A DNA stretch of 41,744 nt from a virus. Lineage: Duplodnaviria; Caudoviricetes. The stretch's first letter is position 1; every line of letters starts with the position of its first letter. The notes below the pieces were generated by a model. The model had not been told where the DNA came from and made no database searches. It saw nothing but the letters and a program-made list of their open reading frames with translations. Positions 1 to 7,850 of the stretch are shown in pieces. A program made the translations under genes and the position numbers. The stretch spans positions 1 through 41,744 of IMG/VR virus record IMGVR_UViG_3300049141_000006, one strand, 5' to 3'.

Positions 1-127
1 CCTCGGCCACGGCGTACTGGAACGGGCCCGCCGAGACGTACGTCAGGTACTGCTTCGCCGAGCGCACGGCCGTGACCAGCTCCGGAGCCCCCGTCAGCCA
101 GCCGACCTTCCAGCCGGTGAACGAGAA
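1..127 (-). pseudogene. dapC: 3' part of interrupted host PLP-dependent class I/II aminotransferase (dapC-like); runs off the window
   Basis: Reads FSFTGWKVGWLTGAPELVTAVRSAKQYLTYVSAGPFQYAVAE; joins in frame to ...SSSGKT at 41524 to restore the SxGKTFSxTGWKVGW PLP motif. Symbol inferred from resemblance to the TG1 attB gene. Confidence 0.85.
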
Positions 128-150
128 AGTCTACACCAGTTGGGTAGGAA
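104..150. other. Prophage attachment junction (attR, P-B'), TT core at 126-127 (minus strand)
   Basis: Host reading frame stops matching at 127; phage arm ACCCAACTGG (minus) is the inverted partner of CCAGTTGGGT at the other junction. Confidence 0.9.
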
Positions 151-203
151 CAGCCTGACCTGCGGAAACGCCCCTTCACGACTCCCTCGCAGCGCCGCCC
201 GGC

Positions 204-479
204 ATGGTTCGGCCATGGCTGGGAAGGCACCCTCCCATGTACGACGCTACCGAGCTTGCGCGTGATCTGAGCGCCGGAGAAGCCGCCAAAATGCAGCACG
301 AACAGGCAGCCAAATTGCGGGAAATGAAGGAAGCCGACTACGGCCGTTGCATAGGCATTCGGCACGCCGGGCACGGCCGATACGTGGTCTTCGTCGGCAT
401 GCAGGACGGCGCCCCGCTCAATGAGTGGCCGCGGATGAGAGACGAGAAAAAGCCCCGGCGTACCCCCCGAAAGAGGTAG
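204..479 (+). CDS. Hypothetical protein (start may be ATG 238)
   Basis: Only sizeable ORF between attR and a convergent hairpin; GGAAGG precedes ATG 238. Confidence 0.5.
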   Translation: MVRPWLGRHPPMYDATELARDLSAGEAAKMQHEQAAKLREMKEADYGRCIGIRHAGHGRYVVFVGMQDGAPLNEWPRMRDEKKPRRTPRKR

Positions 480-489
480 GCCGGGGCTT
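450..489. terminator. Probable bidirectional terminator
   Basis: AAGCCCCGGC...GCCGGGGCTT hairpin between convergent ORFs. Confidence 0.65.
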
Positions 490-503
490 CGCTGTGTCGG
501 CGC

Positions 504-845
504 CTAGTAGGGGCCGTACATGGGCGTCGTGTGCCCTTCCCAGGGCGACTGCTTCGGCGCCGTGAAGCCATACCAATGCTTAGGCACGAGCGCCTTCTTC
601 GTGGGGCTGGACTCCCACTTCTTCCACTTCTCGGCGCAGCCGACCAGCCACGCGTGCGCGTCTTCGCGGGTCGGCCACTCCAGCGTGCGAAGTACCTTCG
701 GCTTCCCTCTGCCCTGGGACGTCGGAAGGGCGCAGTAGTCGCCGATCCACTCGTCGAAGATTGCGAACGGCGCGTTTTCGCGGCGCTCCCATGAGCCGTC
801 CGGCAGCCGACGAATCGTGCGCTGAATGATCCGGTATCGCTTCAC
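504..845 (-). CDS. Hypothetical protein, paralog of 842-1123
   Basis: GTG start overlaps upstream stop (GTGA); shares RYRIxQR, YCxLP and LEW..E.A.AWL..C motifs with neighbour. Confidence 0.75.
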   Translation of the reverse strand: MKRYRIIQRTIRRLPDGSWERRENAPFAIFDEWIGDYCALPTSQGRGKPKVLRTLEWPTREDAHAWLVGCAEKWKKWESSPTKKALVPKHWYGFTAPKQSPWEGHTTPMYGPY

Positions 846-1123
846 ACGCGCTCCCGGTTCGCGTCGTAGGGCTCGTACTCGCCGAACATGAGCGGCACCC
901 GGCCCCAGTGTCGATAGCAGCGCGCGAGCCACGCGTTTGCCGCCTCCGCCGACTTCCATTCCAGCGGCAGGCGCTCCGACCCGGCGGGCAGGGTGCAGTA
1001 CCCCTCTAGTTCTTGATCAAGAATTACCCACGGCCGGTCGCCCATGGGCACTAGGGCTTCGTCTGTTCTCGTGACCTCTTGCCGCCAGTCCGGCGGACGC
1101 TGAGTGATCCGGTATCGACGCAT
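842..1123 (-). CDS. Hypothetical protein, paralog of 504-845
   Basis: MRRYRITQR... start chosen by alignment with the paralog. Confidence 0.75.
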   Translation of the reverse strand: MRRYRITQRPPDWRQEVTRTDEALVPMGDRPWVILDQELEGYCTLPAGSERLPLEWKSAEAANAWLARCYRHWGRVPLMFGEYEPYDANRERV

Positions 1124-1146
1124 GGAAGCACCGTAGCGACTCATAC

Positions 1147-1617
1147 TCAGTTGGGGGAGAGGGTTACCGCAATGGGTCCACTTTCGGCGCTCCATTGACG
1201 CCCGTGTTCGACTTCGTACCGGCCGTCTGTCACGAGCTGCATGCGAAGCGGCGCGACCGTGTTCAGCATGATGTGGGCGAGCGTCGCCGTCGGGTGCTCC
1301 TTGAACGCTTCGCGGACGGCAGCGGCTAGCGCTTCGGCAGCGTCGTCGACGTTCGCCACGTCCTTGCTGTCTCCGCCGTGGTCTTCGATCACCCATGAAA
1401 TGCGCATGGGCTTCGGCACCCGGTACGCGCTCCGTTGATGCACTTCGAGCTTCCCTTCAGTCACGAGCTTCGCGAGCACCTGGCGCAGCGCTGTGCGTCC
1501 GATGCCCAGGTCTTCGCACATGGCCCGTTCGGAAGGGAGCTTGTCGCCCGGCCCGTACACGCCGGTGAGTAGCCATCCGGCGATCGTGACGTAAGCCGCT
1601 TCGGTCTTCGGTCCCAT
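1147..1617 (-). CDS. GntR-family winged-helix transcriptional regulator
   Basis: GVYGPGDKLPSERAMCEDLGIGRTALRQVLAKLVTEG is a GntR HTH signature; start uncertain. Confidence 0.85.
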   Translation of the reverse strand: MGPKTEAAYVTIAGWLLTGVYGPGDKLPSERAMCEDLGIGRTALRQVLAKLVTEGKLEVHQRSAYRVPKPMRISWVIEDHGGDSKDVANVDDAAEALAAAVREAFKEHPTATLAHIMLNTVAPLRMQLVTDGRYEVEHGRQWSAESGPIAVTLSPN

Positions 1618-1831
1618 GGGGCTCAGGCTATCGCCGGACACGACGAAGCCCCGCTCCGACGGGTATGCGGAACGGGGCTTCGACCCTGGGGCGCCTTTGG
1701 TGGTTCTGGCACACGCCCCCGGGTTTTCTCCAGGCCACACCCTCGACAGGAAGGAGTGCCCGACCAGGAAAGCAGAGAAGCCCCGTACCTACCGCCGTAG
1801 TGGCAGCAGGCACGGGGCTTGTGGTATGCGC

Positions 1832-2548
1832 TCAGACACTCAACTCAGCGTCGAGCTGGGCGAAGCGCTTCCGCACGGTGGCAGGGTGACGTCCGGCGGC
1901 AGCAGCGACTTCGACGGGGCTCAGCTTGTGGCGCCAACCTTGTTCGATGATCTTGTTCGCCTCAGCGTTCGGCAGGCGCTTCGGCTTGTCGTCGGCGACG
2001 GGCTCAGGCTCCGGCTCCGGAAGCTCGTCCTGTACCGGCTCAGGCACCTTCTCCGGCTCCGGCACGGGCTCAGGCTCCGGGGCGACCGGCGCGGGCTCCG
2101 CGGGCTTCTCAGGGGCGCTCAGGGGCTCCGCCGTGGCCTTCCGCTCAGCCTCAGCGAGCGCCGCCATGTAGACCGGCCCGACTTCGGCCAGCAGCATGAC
2201 CAGAAGGGGCGCGATCAAGTGGACTGCCACGCCGACCCAGTCACGGCGCTCGATGCTCAGCCACACGTTCAGGAACACGGAGCTGAGGCCGGTTGCCCAG
2301 CGGAACGCCGTCGGCCACGCGCCCAGCTTCGTGACGCCGTACTTCGCGAGGGTGCTTTCCGCGCTGAGCGACATGATGAACGCCGCATCGACGATCAAGC
2401 CCAGCACCCAGCCGGACCACTGCCACTCGCTGTGCGCGCTGACGAACGGGGTAGTCGTCATAAGGCTGTAGAACACAAGCCCCACGATCAGGAACCACCG
2501 CCCGCCGGTCAGCACCCTGCGAGATCTTCTGATTGCCTTCGTGTCCAA
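1832..2548 (-). CDS. DUF2637/Spd-like multi-pass membrane protein with Pro-Glu linker and C-terminal HTH-like end
   Basis: About four hydrophobic segments, xVDAA and HLIAPLL motifs, PE repeats, EVAAAAGRHPATVRKRF; RBS GAAGGAG. Confidence 0.7.
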   Translation of the reverse strand: MDTKAIRRSRRVLTGGRWFLIVGLVFYSLMTTTPFVSAHSEWQWSGWVLGLIVDAAFIMSLSAESTLAKYGVTKLGAWPTAFRWATGLSSVFLNVWLSIERRDWVGVAVHLIAPLLVMLLAEVGPVYMAALAEAERKATAEPLSAPEKPAEPAPVAPEPEPVPEPEKVPEPVQDELPEPEPEPVADDKPKRLPNAEANKIIEQGWRHKLSPVEVAAAAGRHPATVRKRFAQLDAELSV

Positions 2549-2586
2549 CTTCCATGCTCCTTCGCTCAGTTGGTTGCGAAGGTCAG

Positions 2587-2602
2587 GAAGGGAGTCGGTG
2601 AC
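2587..2602 (-). promoter_or_regulatory. Phage-specific promoter motif (GTCACCGACTCCCTTC)
   Basis: One of 12 co-oriented copies; abuts upstream stop codon. Confidence 0.7.
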
Positions 2603-3307
2603 TCAGCCCAGGGTGCGGAAGGGATTCCGGCCGAAGACCGGTCCGCCAGTGCGTACGGGCTCCGTGGCGACCGGCGTGGGCTCGACGGTCACGACCGGCT
2701 CAGGTTCCGCCGTGGGCACGCTGGCAACCGGCTCTTCCGGCGGCGTGGTCGGCAGGTGGAACCACGGCTTGTCCGGGTCGGTGATCACGTTCGGCGCTGA
2801 CACGACGTCGCTGTAGGCCTCAGTGGTCGGCGGGCCTGTGTAGCCGGGGCCGGGGAACGGCAGCAGCTTGTCCGGCACGTCTATCGGCAGTTCGGCCAGG
2901 GGCAGGCTGGGCTTCATGTCGTCGAGCACCTTGCCGTCGCTGTCGGCGTCAGTGAACGGGCCCTTGCTGCCTGCCTTCGGCTTAGCGGGTGCGGGCTTCG
3001 GCTCCGTCGTCCTGGGCGCGCTCGCCGGGTCGTTCTTCGTCGCCGTCCTGGGCGCCGCCGTCGTCGAGCTGGGCGCTACGGGAGACGCCGCCGGAACCGT
3101 GCGGGTGCCGACTCGCTGCACGTCGTCCTGGGCGCCCTCAGTGGCCTTCTCGACGACGACCGGCGGGGCGGTAACCGTCTTGGTCGGCTGGGGCAGTGGC
3201 GACGCGTCAGCGGGCTTGCTGGGGCCGGTGAAGACGAGCGCTCCGATGCCGAACGCTGCGGCGGCTGAAGCCAGGCTTGCCGCGGGAAGAATGATCTTGT
3301 TACGCAA
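2603..3307 (-). CDS. Proline/threonine-rich membrane-anchored protein
   Basis: N-terminal hydrophobic segment (LASAAAAFGIGALVF) followed by low-complexity P/T/A region; TTG start after GGGGG. Confidence 0.7.
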   Translation of the reverse strand: MRNKIILPAASLASAAAAFGIGALVFTGPSKPADASPLPQPTKTVTAPPVVVEKATEGAQDDVQRVGTRTVPAASPVAPSSTTAAPRTATKNDPASAPRTTEPKPAPAKPKAGSKGPFTDADSDGKVLDDMKPSLPLAELPIDVPDKLLPFPGPGYTGPPTTEAYSDVVSAPNVITDPDKPWFHLPTTPPEEPVASVPTAEPEPVVTVEPTPVATEPVRTGGPVFGRNPFRTLG

Positions 3308-3403
3308 GGTGCGTCCCCCGATGGGTGGTTGTTGCCGTTTCAACGGCTTGTGTCTTGATGGTCGCATGTAGGCGCCACGTATACGGAGTTTCGTTCGTTG
3401 AGT

Positions 3404-3763
3404 TCACGCCACAGGAACGAAATCTTCCGGATGTACGTATTCGCACGCCGTCCACGTCACCGGAAACGGGACAAGCGCCCTGGTTTCGGGGGACCGGGTC
3501 CACTCCACTGCCGCCACGAGAAGCCCCGTGTCCTTCCGACGGCCGATCAGCCGGAAGCCGTCGTACCTGGGCACTGCCGGAGCCGACAGGATGCGCGCGA
3601 CGAGCCGACCGTGTGCCCGGAAGACAGCCTTCAACTCGCTGCACGCGTTGATGAGTTCGTCGGTTATGGCGTCCCCCAGCAGGTCACAGGGGTGCCACAC
3701 TCGCGCCGGTCCCGTCGGTATCCAGACGGACAGGGAGAGCGTGAACGGAACGGCGTGCGGCAT
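3404..3763 (-). CDS. Hypothetical protein
   Basis: ATG 3763 after GGGGG; phage strand. Confidence 0.55.
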   Translation of the reverse strand: MPHAVPFTLSLSVWIPTGPARVWHPCDLLGDAITDELINACSELKAVFRAHGRLVARILSAPAVPRYDGFRLIGRRKDTGLLVAAVEWTRSPETRALVPFPVTWTACEYVHPEDFVPVA

Positions 3764-4011
3764 GGCTTGACCCCCAAGGTTGCGGAACTTCGGCTTCCAT
3801 AGTGCGTTTTCGGCCGATGACTTTCCGTCATTCGTGAAGACGATGTGATCACTCCTACTCAGGTCGTACAACCGTGGGCGTAGTGAAACCGACGGATGAG
3901 TCTGTTTGCGTTCGAACGGATGTACGAGGTTACGACGCGCCACCGGCGTGCGCCAGCGTGTAACTGATCAAGTTTCTGACGCTGTGTCAGGAAACACGAA
4001 AGCGCCCCAAC

Positions 4012-4027
4012 CTACTCACGTGAGTAA
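4012..4027. promoter_or_regulatory. Palindromic operator (CIR-like) within terminator hairpin 3999-4039
   Basis: CTACTCACGTGAGTAA flanked by AAGCGCCCCA/TGGGGCGCTT. Confidence 0.8.
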
Positions 4028-4048
4028 GCTGGGGCGCTTAGGTAAGGC

Positions 4049-4252
4049 TTAGCTGGGGTAGTGCATCTTGACGCGCCGGTTCGACTTCAACTCCGTGCCG
4101 CTGTAGCCGATAGCGAGAAACGTGGTGTCGGTCTCTTCATCGACTTCCACGCGATGGACGCTGTACGACATGTTCCCGAACGTGACCCAGTCGCCAGCCT
4201 TGACGTCCTTCGCGGCCTTCGTCTTCGGGCGCTTCTCCGTGGCGGTCATCAT
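4049..4252 (-). CDS. Small hypothetical protein
   Basis: RBS GAAGGGAAG, ATG; lies between an operator and a terminator. Confidence 0.7.
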   Translation of the reverse strand: MMTATEKRPKTKAAKDVKAGDWVTFGNMSYSVHRVEVDEETDTTFLAIGYSGTELKSNRRVKMHYPS

Positions 4253-4295
4253 GCTTCCCTTCGTCGTTGCGAGGCTCCAACGTAGCATGATCAGC

Positions 4296-4311
4296 CTACT
4301 CACGTGAGTAG
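4296..4311. promoter_or_regulatory. Palindromic operator (CIR-like)
   Basis: Perfect CTACTCACGTGAGTAG. Confidence 0.8.
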
Positions 4312-4575
4312 GTTGAGCCCCTTCTCTAGAAGCGCACGGATCGTGTCGGCGTCGGCCATGCCCACGTGCTCAGCGATCGGCTCTCCGTACGGGTCGGCGT
4401 CGTCGAAGATGCGGTAGGTCGGCACGGTGGTGACTCCGTCGGCGCGCGAGTCGGACTCCGTCACGTCGACGAACTCCGGCACGACGTCGGCGCCCCAGCA
4501 TGCGTCTCGGAACGGGTGCCAGACTGCCGGGCCGAAGCCGTGGCCGGGAAGCCCTACGAGAACGGCGTAGATCAC
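4300..4575 (-). CDS. Thioredoxin-fold-like protein lacking CXXC
   Basis: FVDV...GVTTVPTYRIF...GEPIAEHVG resembles the thioredoxin cis-Pro region; GTG overlaps upstream stop. Confidence 0.55.
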   Translation of the reverse strand: MIYAVLVGLPGHGFGPAVWHPFRDACWGADVVPEFVDVTESDSRADGVTTVPTYRIFDDADPYGEPIAEHVGMADADTIRALLEKGLNLLT

Positions 4576-4850
4576 TTCTCGCCCGTCTCCCAACACGTCG
4601 TGTGCACCCGGGGAAGGCTGGGCTGAGCCTGCCCGTTCGGCGCCTTCGGCGGCTTGTTGAAGTTGGGCTTCGGGGCGCCCGGCCGCGGAGCCGGAGCAAC
4701 GGGGCGAGGGGCAGGCGGGGCAGGGCGCGGGGGCGAGAAAGCCACCGTGCTGTAGGTCGTGCACTCCGTGTCGTCGTCGGTCAGCGAACAGCCGGTCAGC
4801 GCGCCCAGGGCGACGGCGGCAACGGCGGCAGCGGCAAGGGTCTTCTTCAC
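4572..4850 (-). CDS. Predicted lipoprotein, proline-rich
   Basis: MKKTLAAAAVAAVALGALTG-C lipobox; RBS AAGGAG. Confidence 0.75.
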   Translation of the reverse strand: MKKTLAAAAVAAVALGALTGCSLTDDDTECTTYSTVAFSPPRPAPPAPRPVAPAPRPGAPKPNFNKPPKAPNGQAQPSLPRVHTTCWETGEK

Positions 4851-5000
4851 GCGTTTCTCTCCTTCACGATCCATGCGGCAAGCAGGCAGTCCGGGTACTG
4901 CGATACGTCGGGCGTGTCGTCTTCGTACGGCTCAGCGAGCACTACGTGCACGTTGTCAGGAACGCCGATCAAGGTTCTCTCCCCACGGGGGCGCTCCAAC

Positions 5001-5016
5001 CTGCTCACGTGAGTAG
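5001..5016. promoter_or_regulatory. Palindromic operator (CIR-like) within hairpin 4988-5029
   Basis: CTGCTCACGTGAGTAG flanked by GGGGCGCT/AGCGCCCC. Confidence 0.8.
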
Positions 5017-5043
5017 GCTGAAGCGCCCCGGTTGCTGGTCGGC

Positions 5044-5364
5044 TCAGACGTTGCGGCGGCGCTCCCACGTCCGGCCGTTGCGGTCGACGATCCGGTCCCT
5101 GTTCAGCGCTGCCTGTATTTCGGCCTGCCGCTTCGCCTCAGCCGTCGACCAGTCGCTCAGGCCCGTCGCCGTCGTCGGCTGAGCCTTCGCGGCTTCATCG
5201 GCGAGCCATGCAGCCAACTGTCGGGCCTGAGCCGGAGTCATCACGGCACGGTCGGCCGGAATGGCGAGGCTGATCTTCCCCGGCTCGTCCGACTTGACGA
5301 AGCCGATCACCCGGCCCTTGTCGCACGGCATGACGGCCTTCGTTTCGGTGGTGACCTTCAGCAT
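5044..5364 (-). CDS. Hypothetical protein
   Basis: ATG after AAGGAG; contains MTPAQARQLAAWL, similar to MTPDEARRWAEHL in 16559-16819. Confidence 0.7.
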   Translation of the reverse strand: MLKVTTETKAVMPCDKGRVIGFVKSDEPGKISLAIPADRAVMTPAQARQLAAWLADEAAKAQPTTATGLSDWSTAEAKRQAEIQAALNRDRIVDRNGRTWERRRNV

Positions 5365-5432
5365 TCTGTTCCACTCCTTCATGAATTCGTCTAGCTTCTC
5401 GCCCAGCAATTGCGCGGCTTCTTCATGCGCGT

Positions 5433-5843
5433 TTATGCGAACAACTCCAGTTGTTCAGGCTTCAGCGCGAAGCGTTCGCAGCTCAGGGGCTTCGCCTTCT
5501 CAGGCCGGAAGCACACCTGACCCTGGTCGGCGCCCACGCGTACGAACTCGTCGGGGACGTCGTACTCCCACACGCGGAATCCGGCGCCGTCGAGCGCTTC
5601 GAACCAGTCGGCGAACCAGTCGCACAACGCTTCGCGCGAGTTGAACCCGCACCGCTCGAAGTACGAAATTCCGCGAAGGGCTCGATCGGCGTACGGCGAT
5701 GGGTGGTCGTAGTCGGCGTGGTCCATGCCCATTGCCCAGACGGCGGCATTGACTTCCCGCGGCAGTACCTCACTACACGCGTACGGTCCGGCGGGGAAGG
5801 ACTCGTATCGTGCGGACTCGTGGCCGACTCGCCAGACCTTCAT
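5433..5843 (-). CDS. Hypothetical phage protein
   Basis: 136 aa ORF, ATGA-coupled to upstream micro-ORF. Confidence 0.75.
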   Translation of the reverse strand: MKVWRVGHESARYESFPAGPYACSEVLPREVNAAVWAMGMDHADYDHPSPYADRALRGISYFERCGFNSREALCDWFADWFEALDGAGFRVWEYDVPDEFVRVGADQGQVCFRPEKAKPLSCERFALKPEQLELFA

Positions 5844-5935
5844 GCGCCCACCACCCAGCGGACGACGTAGAAGGCGCCCAGGTCGAAGGCCGTGAAGATC
5901 AGGGCACAGATGATGAACTTCGTCGTGTTGCTCAC
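5840..5935 (-). CDS. 31 aa membrane peptide
   Basis: RBS GAGGAG, GTG, single hydrophobic stretch FIICALIFTAFDLGAFYVVRWVV; stop overlaps next ATG. Confidence 0.6.
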   Translation of the reverse strand: MSNTTKFIICALIFTAFDLGAFYVVRWVVGA

Positions 5936-5967
5936 GTCGTCTCTCCTCGCCGTGATGTGTGCTTGCG

Positions 5968-6018
5968 TGCCCGCGAAGGGAGTCGAACCCTTCGAGCCGT
6001 ACCGGTTACGGCGCGGGC
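5968..6018 (-). ncRNA. 51 nt tRNA-like mini element (acceptor stem, one hairpin, T-arm)
   Basis: GCCCGCG-CCGTA ACCGG TACGG-CTCG-AAGGG TTCGACT CCCTT-CGCGGGC-A; intergenic. Confidence 0.55.
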
Positions 6019-6042
6019 TTGTGGGGCCGGAGCCCCGTACTG

Positions 6043-6210
6043 CTAGACGGCGCGGCAGGCGAGCTTTCGCAGCAGCGGAACCGACTCCGCGAAGGTGCGC
6101 GGCACGGTGGAGATCACGTCGCCGTCGGCGTTCCGGGTCGTGAACTCGATGTCATGGCCGACGCGCTGAACGGTGACCGTGTGGCCGCTGGGAAGGGCGT
6201 AGGTCTGCAT
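6043..6210 (-). CDS. 55 aa hypothetical protein
   Basis: MQTYALPSGH...; GGAG RBS directly downstream of a promoter motif. Confidence 0.65.
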   Translation of the reverse strand: MQTYALPSGHTVTVQRVGHDIEFTTRNADGDVISTVPRTFAESVPLLRKLACRAV

Positions 6211-6244
6211 GTCGCTTCTCCGTTTCGTTGTCTCTGATTGCCGT

Positions 6245-6260
6245 GAAGGGAGTCGGTTAC
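6245..6260 (-). promoter_or_regulatory. Phage-specific promoter motif
   Basis: GTAACCGACTCCCTTC overlapping the sigma-like gene stop. Confidence 0.7.
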
Positions 6261-7402
6261 TTGCGGCCCTTGTTCGTCAGCGTCGAAGCGGCAGCGGCCT
6301 CAAGCTCCGCGGCGTAGGCGGTAGCTCCGGTAAGGGCGACAGCGGCGGCGTAGCGCTTCGCGAAAGCCTTCCGGCCCTTCGCGCGGTGAGCCTTCGCGTT
6401 GACGTACGTCATGCCGAGTGCGGCACACAGCCCGTCCATGTCGCACCCGTCACCCCAGCCGAAGTCGGTGGCGCCGTTGATGCCGAAGGAGTGGCGGAGT
6501 ACATCGCGCTGCGCCTGCCCCATCGAGTCAAGGGTGTCGTTCACGCGCTCGTGCTTCTCGCGGCTGTCGGCCATGCGCTCGTCACGGACGTCCCGAAGTT
6601 CTTCGATCAGGGCGCCTTCCGTAGCCGTCGACACGGCGGACCGGAGCACGGCCATAGCGTCGAGCACGTACCGGCGCTCAGTCGGGTCAGCGGGCACCCG
6701 CACGGTGTCCTCAAGCGTCTCGACGAGCGCGGGAAGGTTGCCGGTGAACCCGCCCGGGGTCATGCGCTGAACTTCGACACCCGTGTACCGGCGGAGCACC
6801 GCGAGCGCTTCGAGCGCCGCGCCGTGGCCAACCTTCGGGCGAATCTCGCCGTCGGGCTGTTCGTCGTACGTGGGGAGGAAGTCGGCAAGCGTGGACTCAC
6901 CGGCTTCGGACGTGCTGACCGGCTTGTCGAGAGACACGTTCCCCTGCCACGCGAGCCGGGCGGCTTCGGCACGGTCCGCGCTGAGTCGGCGCCCCTTCGG
7001 CGGGATGGTCTGGCACAGCTTCGCCGCCTCGTACGCGTCGCCGTCGGCGGCTTCGACCATGGCCGCGAAGGTCTTCATCGCATTCTCGTCGACAGCACCG
7101 CCACTGTTGCGCGCGCTCCGCACTTCGTCCTTCAGCTTGTTTTCGATCGTCGTGAACGCGTAACGCTCGAACGAGTCGACCGTGCCGTCAGTGAAGCGGC
7201 TCAGGGAGTCCCAGACGGCAATGCGAGCGATCTGTACGAACTCCTCGCGGTAGTTCGCGAAGGCGGCGCCACCGTGCGGGGCGATCCGGCGAGCGGCGAT
7301 CTCAGCGTGACGCTGGACACGGGACTCAGTCCACTCGATGACGGCCGTCGTAGCGGCAAGGTCGTTGTCCTGGGCGGCGCGAATGGTGTCGATGGTCAGC
7401 AC
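6257..7402 (-). CDS. Phage-encoded sigma-70-like transcription factor
   Basis: IRAAQDND...EEFVQIARIAVWDSLSRF..SFERYAFTTIENKLKDEVR (region 2-like), VSLDKPV...STLADFL (region 3-like), C-terminal region 4-like LDSMGQAQRDVLRHSFGI. Confidence 0.8.
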   Translation of the reverse strand: MLTIDTIRAAQDNDLAATTAVIEWTESRVQRHAEIAARRIAPHGGAAFANYREEFVQIARIAVWDSLSRFTDGTVDSFERYAFTTIENKLKDEVRSARNSGGAVDENAMKTFAAMVEAADGDAYEAAKLCQTIPPKGRRLSADRAEAARLAWQGNVSLDKPVSTSEAGESTLADFLPTYDEQPDGEIRPKVGHGAALEALAVLRRYTGVEVQRMTPGGFTGNLPALVETLEDTVRVPADPTERRYVLDAMAVLRSAVSTATEGALIEELRDVRDERMADSREKHERVNDTLDSMGQAQRDVLRHSFGINGATDFGWGDGCDMDGLCAALGMTYVNAKAHRAKGRKAFAKRYAAAVALTGATAYAAELEAAAASTLTNKGRK

Positions 7403-7434
7403 TGTGTTGCTCCCTAGGTCGGTGTGATTCCGGT

Positions 7435-7450
7435 GAAGGGAGTCGGTGAC
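7435..7450 (-). promoter_or_regulatory. Phage-specific promoter motif
   Basis: Perfect copy upstream of the sigma-like gene. Confidence 0.7.
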
Positions 7451-7595
7451 CTAGGGGCGACGGCAGGGCGTCACAGCCTGTTCACGGCAAGGTCTGCACG
7501 CGCTGGAGGGCATGCAGGAGTGACCGATCGGTCACCGACTCTTGCCGACGGGGGCTGATCACTTCCGGTCCGTCGTGCACCACGTACATAACCAT

Positions 7596-7619
7596 GTGAC
7601 TACTCACGTGAGTAGTCAC
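7596..7619. promoter_or_regulatory. Palindromic operator (CIR-like), extended to a perfect 24 bp palindrome
   Basis: GTGACTACTCACGTGAGTAGTCAC. Confidence 0.8.
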
Positions 7620-7794
7620 TTGTTTCGCCGTGGCACTAGGGAAGACCCGGCTCAGGGCCGGGCAGTTGTTGAGGATTCGAAGGCGTGACGCCGTCTCATC
7701 CTTGAGAAGTACGGCAGTGGCATATGCAGGAAGCCCCGTTACCTTCGGTTAACAGGCAACGGGGCTTCGATCAGACTTTCGGATGATGCTCAGT

Positions 7795-7810
7795 TCACTC
7801 ACGTGAGTAG
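7795..7810. promoter_or_regulatory. Palindromic operator (CIR-like)
   Basis: TCACTCACGTGAGTAG. Confidence 0.75.
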
Positions 7811-7850
7811 GCTGGATCGTTACTTGCGCGTGATCTTCAGGCTGAACAGA

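Noticed and set aside
175-190. CACGACTCCCTC as a 13th promoter motif on the plus strand
   Set aside because: Several mismatches and opposite orientation; too weak to call.
128-200. Phage-supplied new start restoring the host gene 3' half
   Set aside because: In-frame TAG two codons before the junction, and the catalytic lysine lies in the other fragment.
1146-1157. CTCAGTTGGGGG resembling a phiC31 attP arm
   Set aside because: Only a half site, inside the GntR 3' end; probably chance.
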